Translations under genes and position numbers: made by a program
Source: Octopus vulgaris
Taxonomy: Eukaryota
Assembly: GCA_951406725.2 (NCBI GenBank)
Contig: OX597819.1
Coordinates: 57,226,001 to 57,290,000, forward strand
Length of the DNA stretch: 64,000 nucleotides
Direction: 5' to 3'
Shown here: positions 26,501 to 39,980 of the stretch, piece by piece
Numbering within the stretch: position 1 is the first letter of the stretch
How the letters are laid out: each line of letters opens with the position of its first letter
The notes under the pieces: generated by a model
What the model was told of the DNA's origin: nothing
Database searches by the model: none
What the model saw: only the letters and a program-made list of their open reading frames with translations

Positions 26501-26860
26501 GTATCAATACCGGCAGATGACAACGTTTCTCTAAAAGAAATGGAAAAACTTTCAAAATACAAAGACCTGGAAATAGAGGTAAACAGAATGTGGAATCTAA
26601 AAACAGAAACAATTCCTATCATAGTAGGTGCATTAGGAATGATAAAAAAATATTCAGACAAATACATAACAAAAACACCAGGACTTACAAACACATATAA
26701 CATACAGAAAATTGCACTGCTAGGCACTGCACACATCCTACGCAGAACACTTTCCAGACAATAACCATCAGAGCATCACAAAAATCACAGCACATACCCA
26801 AGGCACACAGAGCTGCGCTCGGTAGTGAAGTGAAAGCACGCTATAAAAATAAAACTACTG
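23581..26860 (+). mobile_element. R4/Dong-clade retrotransposon, 5'-truncated and decayed (copy 2, different subfamily)
   Basis: Begins at NKLANVRR (as in copy 1); NYRPITCL, YMDD (25204-25215), CRICGD..HIISGC, RHD, RPDIVV..IDVSIP, KYKDL; stop at 26764 then 3' UTR. Several stops and frameshifts and a deletion near 24400. Confidence 0.92.
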
Positions 26861-27039
<179 letters not shown>

Positions 27040-27490
27040 ACGTAACGGCACTCTTGCACTAAGTTTTTCAGACGGATCGTATAATAGAACACCATCAACC
27101 AGATATTGTTATACTTAATAAGCGAGACAAATACTGTCAGATCATTGATGTAGCCATGCCAAATGACATGAATGTTGTGAGTAAAGATATTGAAAAAAAT
27201 CACCAAGTACTCCGAATTGAAAGTGGAAATAGCAAAATTGTATGGAATAGGCGATGTTAATGTGAAAGTGATACCGGTGGTGATCGGAGAGTTAAGCTCA
27301 ATTCCATTGAAACTTCAAGACTTCTTAAGGCAGCCTGAAATCCCATGCAAGATTGATGTCTTGCGAAAAGCAGCCTTATTGGCCACCTTAAGGAAGGTAT
27401 TATCTCTCTGATGTCCTTCTTGTGACTTGACAGGTAACGAAAGTTTCCGGTGTATTTTTACCTACACTCTTTTGCGAAGAGATAGTAAAA
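27040..27490 (+). mobile_element. R4/Dong 3' fragment: RLE domain plus 3' UTR (copy 3)
   Basis: FQTDRIIEHHQPDIVILNKRDKYCQIIDVAMP, then after a frameshift KYSELKVEI..VIPVVIG..LRKVLSL*. Confidence 0.85.
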
Positions 27491-27496
27491 ATAAAG

Positions 27497-28137
27497 ACCC
27501 TGATGTAGTAACAGGCAATGATTCTCATGGCTTCTGATTGGAAGTGTAATCATGTACATTGTTTTGTATTTCTATAAAAGATGGGCTACAGCAAATATTC
27601 TGCTCAGTATCACAGATTTGTCATGCCCTGATGCAGTACCAGGCAGTGCCTCTCATGGTTTCTGATCTTAACTGATTGGAAGTGTTATCATGCACATTGT
27701 TTTGTCTTGGTATAAAAGATGGACTACAGCAAATATTCTGCTCAATACTACAGATTTGTTTGTCAATTGTTTGATCTTAACCATTTGAGCATGTCCCTTA
27801 TTGCCTGACGATATGTGCATCTCTGATCACGAGCAGAATCAGTGGGAGAGCATCATAGCCGTGTATTGAGAGGGATTCTTTGGGGTTTGGATAATTCACA
27901 TCTGGAAACATCGGTTTTTCGTTCGACATCCTTAAACAACCCTTGTTTTAAGCGGAATGGGCAGCTCGACCTGAAGAAGATTCTAACTGGGCCCCACCTG
28001 CAAGGTCATGTGCTGTTTATCTTGATATGAAATCACCATCATGGTGGGTTGACATGATGGATACACTAGGCTTCGTATATTTTACTCCAGTGTCACTTTG
28101 GTAGTATGCTCTGCTCTCTCACTCAATAATAATAATA
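27497..28137 (+). mobile_element. Non-coding repeat ending in (TAA)n, with its first ~125 bp tandemly duplicated; candidate non-autonomous retroelement
   Basis: 27498-27620 closely matches 27627-27758 (ccctgatg.agta.caggca.tg..tctcatgg.ttctgat...cagcaaatattctgctca.ta..acagatttg). Ends ctctcactc-aataataataat. Confidence 0.55.
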
Positions 28138-28488
28138 TGTAGACGATTAATATTGACGGGAAAATGATAATGCTCCTTTCTACTATTGGCACAAGGCCTG
28201 ACATTTGGTGGAGGGGACCAACTGGTATTTTATGGATTCTATGTTACTCTTTAATGCAAATATATGTGATGAGAGCCCTGATACATACGGTATCATTAAA
28301 CGTACTTATTGTATATTACTAACATCTTCCATATCCCCAAAATTCAATTATATATGAAAAGTAGCGTTTCCTTTCTGGAAATCCAGATCATTACCTTGTT
28401 ATTTATGAAACTATAAGCTACCCCTCAGAATTTTCTACATATGACCTGAACCGACAGTTTTCCATCAATATTAATCGTCTACATATTA
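28133..28488. repeat. 24-bp perfect inverted repeat pair enclosing ~310 bp
   Basis: taatatgtagacgattaatattga (28133-28156) and its exact reverse complement (28465-28488). Confidence 0.85.
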
Positions 28489-31400
28489 GTCTATAACTAT
28501 GAAGTATTACATCATGCTCTGACTGTATTTTCTATTTTAAATATAACTAGTTCAATTGTCTAGTTCAATAAGATTATATCTTATTTCCTTGGAAATTATG
28601 CGCGGAAGCGAAATCTTAATGTTAGCATTTAGTTATTTAAAAATAATTAGGATTTAATTTACTAAAACAAAAACTAGAACTGCTGGATTTTCTCAGCGGA
28701 AGGCTGTTTTTAATGTAAGCACACTGTTTTCTAAAAGAATGACAATAAAATACAATGGCTGGCATTTTAGTCATAGGTTTGCTCTCAGGTGAAGATTTTT
28801 GATATGCCTCCATGAAGAAGATATCTGGCGCTTAGACTCTTTCTCCAATACCTTCTAAATTAGAAAAAATATTTGTCTGAATAATTTCACATATGAAGGT
28901 ATGTGTAACCTTTTCTAGAATGTCAAAACGTGTATCAGTTTGCGTTTATTTCGCAAGTGAAAATGAAACAACTAAAAGCATTGTGCAGAAGGAGGTTGTG
29001 GTATAGTGAGATGTCATATATATATATCTGTTGAATAAACTAAAAATAAAATTAAGAACCCAGAATGTGATAGTACCTGGAGAAACAATGCTTTGCAGCA
29101 ACAGGAATTGAAAGCACCTAACATCTGTAATAAATGTAGAATAAACGCTGTCAATTAAGAGGAAGAAGGAAAACATAGAAGTCGTAATATAACCAAAATA
29201 CAGAGTATATAAATATAAAAACAAAACACAAGAAGAATCAAAATTTTCATTAAGGAGACTAGGCTTTATCTTAATTCTAATTCCTTCATAATTAATTTCC
29301 ATTGCTTATTTTATTTATATAGTTTTGTTTTAATTGATAACACCTGCCAATGAGGAACAAATTTTTTTTTTACTCAAAGACATATTACTAAGGAAAAAGG
29401 TTTAAAAAATTACGTTTATATATAAGCAACTGTGCAGAACAAACAATAAATCATAGCGCTAGCTCTATGAAAATCATCAAGAAAGCAGTAAGAAGTCTAA
29501 AAAACAATGGCGAAAAACCAACAACCATAGATCAGTAACTAATATTATAAACAAATATTGAAAAAATATTTCACTATAAATGATTAAATAAATATAAATG
29601 AATAAACAACAGGATGACAAACTACAGAATGAATGAAATTTCCATTTCTGTGTTTCTACCACCAATAAAAATAGCTGTGGGTCATTTAACTAAAGTCAGG
29701 TTTTCATAAAGTTAATTAAGCTGTATTTATTTGAATTTCATTCTTAGTTTCATAATTAATTTCCATTTATAAAGTTTAATTTGAAGCATAAATTTTCTAT
29801 TTTTAATTTAACAATTATAATGATGAATATAACGAGATGTTAGGAGCAAAGGAGAAAATCACAGTGAAAGCGCTCTAAATACACCAAATGATGAGGGACC
29901 AGATATAGAAATAAGAAATTAACCATAGCTGAGCTGAATTACCATGGTATCTTGATTAAAACTCAATTATTATTTATGTAATTTTCATCACCTGTAAGCA
30001 AAATTAAAATAATTAACAACCGAGAATACAATCCTAATTAAAGAAGTAGTATTAATTGGCGAGAGGAATGACGCATAAATAGGAAAAATGAACAAAACCG
30101 CTAATCCAATTATATCATGAAATATAACTACACACGCAGAACAAAGAATAAAGTTACTTTTAATGCTGGAACAAAGACTAAAATAGTTTTTATTCCTAGC
30201 CCCACCATTGTTAAAGGTAAAAAAAATTAAACCAAGTCGTTATGAAGATAAATATGGTTTGTTTTCTTTGCATTATTAATTTTACAATACAGCGCAATTT
30301 CATTTGCCTCCTACTTTGTGATTTTTTTCAACATTTATAAGCAAAATTAAACAAATTATACACATCAAACAATAGATTCACATGTACCAAGACTACATAC
30401 AGAGTTACTTTCAATATATTTACCATAAAAATATCGTTCACAAAGGCTGCATAATCAACAGTAGTGGTGCATGACAAAGAATAAATTAAAATGTTAAACA
30501 ACATGAAAAGAATAATGAAACTGAAAAATGAGTACTTTTCAACAAAGATGAACAAATTCACTAGGATAAACATACATAACCAATATACAACATTAATAAA
30601 TTATGAAAAATAACAAATATCATTAAAAATACAAAAAATATATAAACAACTTTTAGAACACTTGAACAACTAACAATGATTTCTTAGTTCTTAAACTTGC
30701 ACTGTATCGACCACACCAGTCCACGTTTTATCTCACTAGGGGATACAGAAATGACGCCGTGTATATGTAGAAGTAAAGTATATAGTTTATTTCCTTTCGT
30801 TTTATGATTATTTTCATATTTAATTTCAATTTCTAAACTTTCACTTCCACCTGCTGATTATCTACTTTTGTTTTCCTTTAAAACATGTATAAGCAATATC
30901 AATAAAAGTAAAGACAAGTATACAACAGTACAACATAAGATGAATAATGATGACGTCTAAAAACAAAGTAACAATATAACCAAGAAACATGAATAAGCTA
31001 TCATAGGGTAATAGAGATTAATGACCAAGACTAAATATAAAGCGCCATGAATACAACCAAGAATATAAATATAAAAAATATACCACTAAAGATGAAAACC
31101 TAACGGGTACGAAGGTAAAATCGTAGTTTTATTTTTTTATGTTTATTATTTGTTTCATGCTTCATATTTATTAATAAAGTTTTGTTTTACTATTGCACCT
31201 TCCGATTTTCAATGACGTATTATTTACAGGTGTAGAACAAATGCATTACATCAAGTGAAAATAAGTAAGAATACAGAAAACTAAGAAAGAATACAGTCAC
31301 ATATATGAAGCAACTAAAAAAACAAGAGTAAAATTATAGTTGCAGGACTATGAACACTAACAAATATGTACAACCTACGCAAAAATCAATGATTTCAAAC

Positions 31401-31653
31401 CAAAGGCAGTAGATCAAGAGCTAAAATTGTAAAAGATATTATATGTTATTATTCGTATCAATCCCCACAATTTTTCGTATATGAAGAGTTGAGAATATGA
31501 TCAAAGATTAAATAGCAAAAATGATAAATTAAGCATTAAAATAAACTTAATCAAAACCAAAAGGGCTTAACGAAAAGTTGTAAATCAAACATAATTGCTG
31601 TGTAAACTTTAGTTCATACACTATAAAAATCATAATAGTAATGAAAGGAAGAT

Positions 31654-31868
31654 AGTGAGCTAGCAGACTCTTTTCTACGTCGTAAAAGATGCTTAACTGA
31701 ATTCCCTCCGTGTTCTTATGTTCTGAGTTCAAATTACACCGAGATCGACTTTACATTTCATCCTTTCATGGTCAGTAAATGAACTACCAGTTTAGTACTG
31801 GGGTTGATGTAATCGACTTGCACCTCCTATCCATATTGTTGGTCTTTTGCGAAAATTAGAAAGAATAA
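31654..31868 (+). mobile_element. SINE of a second family with a Meta-domain-like core
   Basis: gagctagcaga...ttctgagttcaaatt..ccgagatcgacttt..tttcatcctttc..ggtc..taaat...taccag...tactggggttgatgtaatcgactt. The domain name is from recall. Confidence 0.7.
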
Positions 31869-32284
31869 TTTATGATAAATAAATATATTTTATTTTGATA
31901 ACATCGTTTACATAACGTTTTATTTCACTTCCCAAAAATTCACTTGAAATACACACATTGGCTTTTATTTATCTTTCAAAATAAATATAAGGAGTAAACG
32001 AGTCAGCTCCATCTCAAGAAATCAGAATGTAACAAAACAAAATGAACAAAATATAAAACCGGAATCTGCATTTGACATGAATGTTTAGGGCTCATTTTAT
32101 TCCATGAAAGTTTTTATCATTCATTTCATTTTCAAGAAAAGTTATCTATTTTCGCTTGTCTTCCTCTTGTAACCAAGATCAATATTGCACTCAAATGACA
32201 TATAAAAAGAAATATAAATATAATTATAATTGATGAACTAACAAATTAAGAAAAGATAAGTTGTCCACCGTAAAAACATGAGTG

Positions 32285-32640
32285 AACAAGAGCCCTTAGA
32301 GGGTGCAAACCTCCGCCAAGTCAACACCAACGTCCTCTCAGCGATTGGCCAGAGATGGTTTCTAGAATGACAATAGCTGAAATATACTCGACTGCTCTGG
32401 CTGACGAGAAAACTAAAAATGAATCCAACCGCTCTCAAGAATTAAGTAAAAAACCAGGAAAAATAATCCAGAATCATTATACGGTGCCGGATCGTCCCAT
32501 AATCTAACCAGCTCCTGTCAATCACGAGGCCAGACATCCCTGCATCTGAATCCATCCAGTTGTTCTTGGGACATGTTATCCACGGACAAAGAATCAAAGA
32601 AACAAACACGATTGAAAACAATACCTTCGCCTTCGGTAAG
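32285..32640. mobile_element. Non-autonomous Helentron-like (HINE-type) element
   Basis: One end aacaagag...gcaaacctccgccaag, the other aaacaaacacgattgaaaacaataccttcgcc. The 12-mer at 32309-32320 is the exact reverse complement of 41249-41260. Confidence 0.6.
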
Positions 32641-32749
32641 ACGGAGCTAATAAATGAGAATAGTATCAAATATGATATGAATGATCTAAAACAAAGTTTA
32701 ATATTGGAGAATTATTGAAATACAAATACAAATAAAAAAATATCAATCA

Positions 32750-32951
32750 TTCTTTCTACTATAGATAGAAGGCTTGAAATTTTGGGGAAGGGAAATTCTA
32801 ATAAGTAGATTCCATTGCTCGACTAGTGAATCGAAACAATGGAAGGCATTGTCAGCCGCGACACAATTTGAATGCGAAATGAATGTAAGAATGAAGAAAT
32901 GATGCGAAGCATTTTTCCAGCGTGCGTACAACTTTGCTAAGTTGCCGCCTT
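32750..32951 (-). mobile_element. Degenerate SINE, same family as 31654-31868
   Basis: Minus strand reads aggcggcaacttagcaaag..gcacgctggaaaaatgctt...ttcaaatt...tgccttccat...tagaaagaat. Confidence 0.6.
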
Positions 32952-33570
32952 CAAACATTATGAAGTAATACATGAAACAAATTGATAGAATGACAAAGTA
33001 ACATATATGATAACCTAACTCTATAATGAAATATTTATAACACAGAATGTAATTAAACATATAGTTTCAAGATCATATAATATTAATTTCATTGCATCTG
33101 CCAACTATATTACTAGCTATAAAGGACAAAATTTAACTCTTTTTAAATGCAAATATATATATTATTCATTTCATTCAGTATCTAAACATTAACTTTCTGT
33201 TTCCGATTTCCTACTTTTAATTCTCGTATGTAGTTCTGTATCAAACATGTGCATGCATAAACACCACTGAAGCTGAAGAAGTGAGAATACAGCAAAATAT
33301 ATTCAACCGAATGTAAAAACAAAGCAACGTTGTTGAATCAAAAGTATAACCACACTTGATATAAATATCCAAGAATAACGAATAATAAGTAAGCATATAG
33401 TGAAATATAAACAAAATTATAATCGCTGCAGAACTATTAAGAAAATGATTTATGAAGTAAGAAACACTGGAAAGGAATCAATGGATAATGATGAACACTA
33501 ACGGAGATATATTTCACACGATGACATTTCTTTTATTTTTTGTTTCGTACTTCATTTGTTTTGATTGATT

Positions 33571-33612
33571 CTAGTTTCAGCTCACGAGCTGTGGCCATGC
33601 TGGGGCACCGCC
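33571..33612 (-). mobile_element. Isolated SINE/LINE 3' tail
   Basis: Minus strand ggcggtgccccagcatggccacagctcgtgagctgaaactag, a variant of the OK-like SINE tail. Confidence 0.65.
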
Positions 33613-33701
33613 ATGTTTGTTATTGAAGTATCCATTTTATATCCTGGTTTGTATTTTCAGGTTTTAACACTAAATGATGTAACATCACACTAGAATACAC
33701 A

Positions 33702-33829
<128 letters not shown>

Positions 33830-33835
33830 GTAGAT

Positions 33836-34145
33836 GGAGGCGCAATGGCTCAGTGGTTAGGGCAGCGGACTCGCGGTTGTTGGATCGCGGTTTCGATTCC
33901 CAGACCGGGCGTTGTGAGTGCTTATTGAGCGAAAACACTTAAAACTCCACAAGGCTTTGGCAGGGGGTGGTGGCGATCCCTGCTGTACTCTTTCGCCACA
34001 ACTTTCTCTCACTCTTTCTTCTGTTGGCCTGCTCGCTTAGCCATCGAGGTGGCCTCATTTGAAGGCTAAAACAATGCGAAGTGCATTGTGACCAGCGATG
34101 TCTAACAACATCTGATAGTCTGGTCGGTCACGTGATCACGTGATA
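33836..34145 (+). mobile_element. tRNA-Arg-derived SINE (octopus OR-like)
   Basis: tRNA-like head ggaggcgcaa-tggctcagtggt (A box), gactcgcg (TCG anticodon region), ggtttcgattccc (B box); ~230-nt non-tRNA body; lies within GATA/TA repeats. Confidence 0.85.
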
Positions 34146-34257
34146 TATATATAGATAGATAGATAGACAGACAGATAGATATAGAGTTATGTTACACACA
34201 CATATATATATATATGCATATACTTATATATATATGTATACACACATACACAGACAC

Positions 34258-34320
<63 letters not shown>

Positions 34321-36428
34321 CATCTGAAATAAAGGAGCAGCAGCAAAACTACACGCATGGAGAAGACTAGATGAAGAATGATGAACACAGTTAAATTTGA
34401 CTAAGCATGAAAATGATCAAAGACAACCAATGACTCAAGCAACAGGAAATACAAAAGAAGTTAAGATTAATACTACAATAATACTAGCGGATGGATAATA
34501 GCAATGTCATAATTAGAAAAAAATGTACCTAAAAATACCCATCAACCGTGTCTATTTTTCAGTTTGTAACACATTTACCTCATGACAGACAGCAAATATG
34601 AACAACGTATCAACGTAGATTACAACTACAGTTCAATAAATCGTAAAAAGACAGAAAAGATTAAGTATAAAGTGCAGGAGAAAATGTATAAGAAAATAAA
34701 ATAAAAGAACAACCTGGTGAAAAAATTCGAGATTGAAATAAAGCACTGATTGAAAGAATGGAACACAAATCTTGAACGTATGGGGATAAAAAGATGAACA
34801 AAAAGAAATAAAATCTTTCGGACCAATTAAGATAATGAAAGGCAATCGCGAATCAAATCGACAGAAGATATAACCAGAACGAAAACACTAAAACATAGAT
34901 GGAAAATGTGAACACGAAATATTAGAATGATTTACTTAAATAACAAGTTGTGAAGAAAAAATAATATAATTAAAAGATTGATCCTGCGACATAGAACAAT
35001 AGATATTACCATCAATACAGAATAAGGATTCATACGAAAATACAGCACACATAATATAACCGATACCAAACACCAAAGTCATAGAGTACAACTCTGGAAA
35101 ATATCTTTACAATACCATAAAGGAAGAATATTACAAAAATAACCACAACATCCAGGACAATGGGAAAAAACCGACACAAGGACACATAAATGGACAGAGA
35201 AGAAAACTACATAAAAAAACAAGAATGCAGAATCATTGCAAATGAAATAAGTAAATATGAATACAAAAAGAAAAATTATCAGAAATAGCCAATGACAAAA
35301 GCAGAAGAAAAAAAGTATTCTTTTCGGATGTAAGATAACTATGAATAAAGAACATAATTTTTCAACCAGGAAAATAAGAAGTTCATATAAAAGTTGTGTA
35401 AGATTAAGCAAGAAGGACGACATAAAACAGAGTGAATGAAAGGTAAAAAAATGTATACATAGGGTTGAGAATCGAAAACTAATAACTAGTATTATGTAAC
35501 CTAACAGACAGAAATAGATAAGATATTAAACAGGCTGAAATACATAATGAACGATTCAGCGTACATAATGTAGCTAAATATGAAGACACACAAATTCAAC
35601 AAAAAGATATGGGTAACAGATTATATCTCATGAAAATAAGCCCGTATTAATATCAAAGTAAAACTGAAGGATCGCCAACCCCGACAAGCACATTGAGAAT
35701 GAAACACACAAACAATAATCTGAAAGATAATCATGAAGTAAGATTGACATACATAAACATTACTTTAGATAATGACAACCGCAACAATGTCTCAAAAGGT
35801 GTATACGACTACCATTTGAACAATATTCTTTAATGAATACTATCAAAAGCAAAATTAGAAGAACTTTCTCCTAAGATAACATAAGGAAGGATGGGTAGCT
35901 CCATTTATATCAAAGGAAAACAAACACATTACAAGATCATAGTAGATTACACAAGAAGGAAAACAGTAACACGGAGTCAAAGAATAGAAGATAAACAAAA
36001 TTACAAATACAGAATTAGTGGAAAAAATACAAAAACAATCAAAAGAAATGATGACAAGAACTGCAGACGATATAAGAAATAATAAAACTAATGCTACAAC
36101 AATATTCAGTGATGAACAATGGAATTAGAATTTATTTCGAATAACAATAAACTATGAAAATCAACTAATATGTATAACAAATACTAACACCTAAAATGAA
36201 AAAAAATATTGCCTAAATTGCAGAACTAAGAATATATACAAAACATCTATACAAACATTCATAGCGTTATTTTAGAAAAACATGAACAAATGTTCAAACA
36301 AAATACGAAAGATGCAGACTATAACTTAAGAATAACTTAGGAATATCAGCATACAATAACATCAAAGTTGAATTTAATAGCATGAAAAATAAAATGACTG
36401 AAAGCAATGAAAAGAACGCACAAGGAAG

Positions 36429-36530
36429 AACCATGACATAAAATGGACACGATAATATCTGTAGAAGATGAAGAGAAGGAAACCATGACATAAAATGGAC
36501 ACGATAGTATCTGTAGAAGATGAAGAGAAG
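36429..36530 (+). repeat. 52-bp tandem duplication
   Basis: aaccatgacataaaatggacacgata[a/g]tatctgtagaagatgaagagaag begins at both 36429 and 36481. Confidence 0.95.
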
Positions 36531-37770
36531 AAAAAATATGATTGTAAATGGACAAAAACCAAAAATTGTATAAGACGAAGACAACCGTAGAAGATAAAAA
36601 AAGTGGTAATGTAACTTTCAAAAATGAACAGCGGCAAAAACAACATTACAAGAATTATCTTCTGTGACAGATAAATCATGCAGAACAACGAATACAAGTA
36701 AACGTTAACAAAACAATTCTACAGTATATAAATAAGAAGACGAGAAATTAAGACAGTTTTACAGGACTTCACTTCTAATGATATATTATGTGCGGTTATC
36801 TGACCTCACAACGACATTCAGAGAAGCTCAGTATACGTGTCGCCATCCACTGGATGAAACCCCCTTCACACATCAATGACCCCGGTTTTGTGAAAATGGT
36901 GCTTATATGCTCTACTGTTTAAGGTACATTGTCTCACGGGGAAGACTTGTACGTGATATCCCCAACGAGTTGCCTATAACAGGTTCGCAAATGAAAGCTC
37001 TCTGCAGATATTTTTGTAAGAAAGTTTCTCTTTTATTTTCGTTGAACTCTCGCAGGAGTTACTTGCCATTACTACATCAGGTAGTATGGAATTTTGGACC
37101 TCATTGAGCTTCCGTTGGAAGTTTTCTATTTATGTAATGAGTCTTTGAAGAAAGCACAACTGGCAGCTTCGTTGTAAATATTCACGAAAAGTAAGTGGCA
37201 ATAGATTACCGACAATTTTATAACACTTATGCTTTTCAATATTTTCTATAAGCATGTCATTTCAGTGTCTGATAACAAATAGATTTTTTTCCATCAAAAG
37301 TAAAAATTCCCATTTGTTCAATAGTAAACATTCCATATTCGTTAACGAATCTACTAAGAGATTATCGCAGACTAAAACTGTTACAAAATGTATTTCTGCT
37401 TTATGCATCCACTTAGTATCTATTTATTCTTAACCGCATTCACTTTGTGCGTGCTACCTAAATTCCTCTTGCATTTTACACTGTACTGACTGTCGAATTT
37501 TAAAAGGAACAACTTGTCCAATATTCAGTCTACAGGGAAATTTTCACTCATGCTCAACTGGCGCTGTCTGGGGATACATTATTATAGTGCACCTTCTGTG
37601 TATATATGAATATTTTCCACTTTCAGCGTTGTAAGGCATTGTTCCAATATCCGGTAGTATCTCTGGCAGCCACAGTTATGAATATTAACCATGTCGGATA
37701 ATTAATCTCTTTAGATATCATCTAAGTATGCGATATGTGGTTTCACTTTTCTTATGCGCCAAACTCACTA

Positions 37771-37896
37771 AATCGATTCACAAGGCTTTGGTTGCCCCGA
37801 GGCTATAGTAGAAGACACTTGCCCAAAGTGCCGCGTAGTGGGATTGAACCCGGAACTATGTGGTTCGTAAGCAAGCTGCTTACCACACAGCCACTC
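37771..37896 (-). mobile_element. 5' part of OK-like SINE
   Basis: Reverse complement of 17250-17380. Confidence 0.85.
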
Positions 37897-38744
37897 ATAC
37901 AATATTTTCTGTAATCAAAAATAAATCATACCGGCAGTTATCTGCATAGTAGATTTTTCTTTTCAGATTCGCAGATGGCGCAAACCAATACATTTTGTTC
38001 AGAGAAAATTTCACAAAATATATACGAAACTTTATTAATACAAAGTCTGCACCGAGAAATGTCCACTTCTGACTGTCACCAGTAACGATCATAATATATT
38101 TTGAGTTAGTGCCATTAGGTAGACGCATTGTATCGCAAAGTATGTTGCTTTATGTATGTATTGCGCCAAAAAGTTCAAAGAAAAGCGGTTTCCCATTGTT
38201 TATAATGCTGAATATAACGTATATCATAATTATCCCTGCATTATATACATTTATTCAAGGAACAAAGTCTGCAGATTTTCATCCAAGGTGATTAAGTTCG
38301 TTTCTACGTTTTTGTTTTTATGTTTTAGTTTATCATTGTGTTCAACGTTTTCTTGATGTCCTGTACCCATATATGCATGTATATATATACATATATATGT
38401 AGGTATGTACATATATGTATGTATATATGCATATATTTATATATTATTTATATTATTATATGACCGAACGCCACTCATCCTTTTCCAAGTACGTTTTATC
38501 TTAATAATTATGATACGCACTCTTCTATCTTTACTATCTTTTTTCTGTCTCTCTCTCCTTCGTTTGTTCTTCATCCTTTCTGGTTTTCTTTACCACCCTT
38601 CCCTGTTCTTCTCCTCTGATCTTCACCGTTCCCTCTCTCTCACTGCTCCTCCTCGACTCTCTCGTTGCTGACACGTGACGAAAGAAAATCTACCTTTCTA
38701 CCCATAACCTTTGTAAAGACTAAACGTGCTTATACTGTCTCCTT

Positions 38745-39030
38745 CATACGCTCGTCTTCCTAGCGTTCATAATTTACGGTGCTCGATAAGTAAATCTACA
38801 ACACTCGCCATCCACATACATCATCTCAAAAATACAAATACACCCTATTTTCTATCATAGTCCATACTGGACTCAGGGCTTCCCTACTGAAGTCAACGGA
38901 CAACCTGCAAATTTTACCTGAAGGAGGCACTTCACATATTAAAGCACAGCTCACCAGTACTGCTAAATAAACATAATGTGTCACTAAGCACATGCAACCA
39001 CCGCTTCTTTACACATTCAAATTCTACCAA
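38745..39030 (+). mobile_element. Penelope-like element remnant (C-terminal half of the GIY-YIG region)
   Basis: STTLAIHIHHLKNTNTPYFLS*SILDSGLPY*SQRTTCKFYLKEALHILK..LLNKHNVSLSTCNH fits the PLE pattern T.L..I..LK..W.IL..Y..C.LC..E..I..LLNK..C.H (from recall); two stops. Confidence 0.6.
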
Positions 39031-39774
39031 AATCCAAATGCCTAAACGACCATACCGTATATTTCCACAATACCACTTAGTTAATCTCAATAACCTTATA
39101 AATCTACATTTTTAACTCTTAATCCCTATCAAATTCCTCACTCATACTTGAATATCACTGCCATCTAATATGCGTGTGTATATGCGTACCTGCATATGTG
39201 GGTGCATATGTATGTGTGTATGTATGCATGTGTGTATGTGTGAATGTATGTATGTATCCAAGGTATATATACCTGCGTGTACATGGGCGATACATACAGA
39301 TACACGTATATATGGATGTGCATATGTACATACACATATGAGTACGAGTTATATATGTAGATATTGATATATATATATATATATATATATAAAGATCTGT
39401 ATAAATATATATATACATGTCTTATATATACATATGTATGCATCTTCACATATATATTTTCTTCTACTACTAAGCACTGACCTGTCCAACCACCCAATCT
39501 ATATTCCTAAATTCTTCATTCCATAATTCTACTCCTCTTACTGCTCCATCACATAGACTCTATCACTACGTAACTAACACTCCTTTACCTTTTACGTTAT
39601 TATACATCTCTCTCTCTCTCTCTATCACCCCATTCCTTTTATCTTTTTACACTCTAATACCTTTCTCTCCCTATCACCCTCATCTCCCCATTCCTACTTT
39701 CAAATTATCTTGACTGACCACTAACTGAGACACTTTCCCTTATTATCTATCTTCTTGTTTCTCTTTTTTCTTTC

Positions 39775-39980
39775 TTTTCTTTATTCCTCTCTTCCTGTTA
39801 TTTTCTTCTTTTTTCTTCTCTTTTCTTTATTCCTCTCTTCATGTTTTTTTCTTTTTTCTTCTCTTATCTTTATTCCTCTCTTCCTGTTTTTTCTTCTTTT
39901 TTCTTCTCTTTTCTTTATTCCTCTCTTCCTGTTTTTTCTTCTTTTTTCTTCTCTTTTCTTTATTCCTCTCTTCCTGTTTT
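39775..39980. repeat. ~45-bp polypyrimidine minisatellite, five copies
   Basis: ttattcctctcttc recurs at 39781, 39827, 39870, 39915 and 39960. Confidence 0.9.

Noticed and set aside
10841-26736. Minus-strand ORFs overlapping R4/Dong copies 1 and 2
   Set aside because: Antisense shadows of the RT ORFs with no independent motifs.
28261-28310. tgatgag...aaacgta, superficially hammerhead-like
   Set aside because: CUGA and GAAA are both absent, and stem I is unconvincing.
33836-33910. Apparent tRNA-Arg(TCG) gene
   Set aside because: The acceptor stem is imperfect and the sequence continues into a SINE body; it is a SINE head.
37700-37745. AYLDDI on the minus strand, like a Gypsy RT motif
   Set aside because: Followed at once by stops, with no other RT motifs nearby.
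39775-39980. Regularly spaced repeats as a CRISPR array
   Set aside because: The spacers are near-identical low-complexity sequence, the context is eukaryotic and there are no cas genes.
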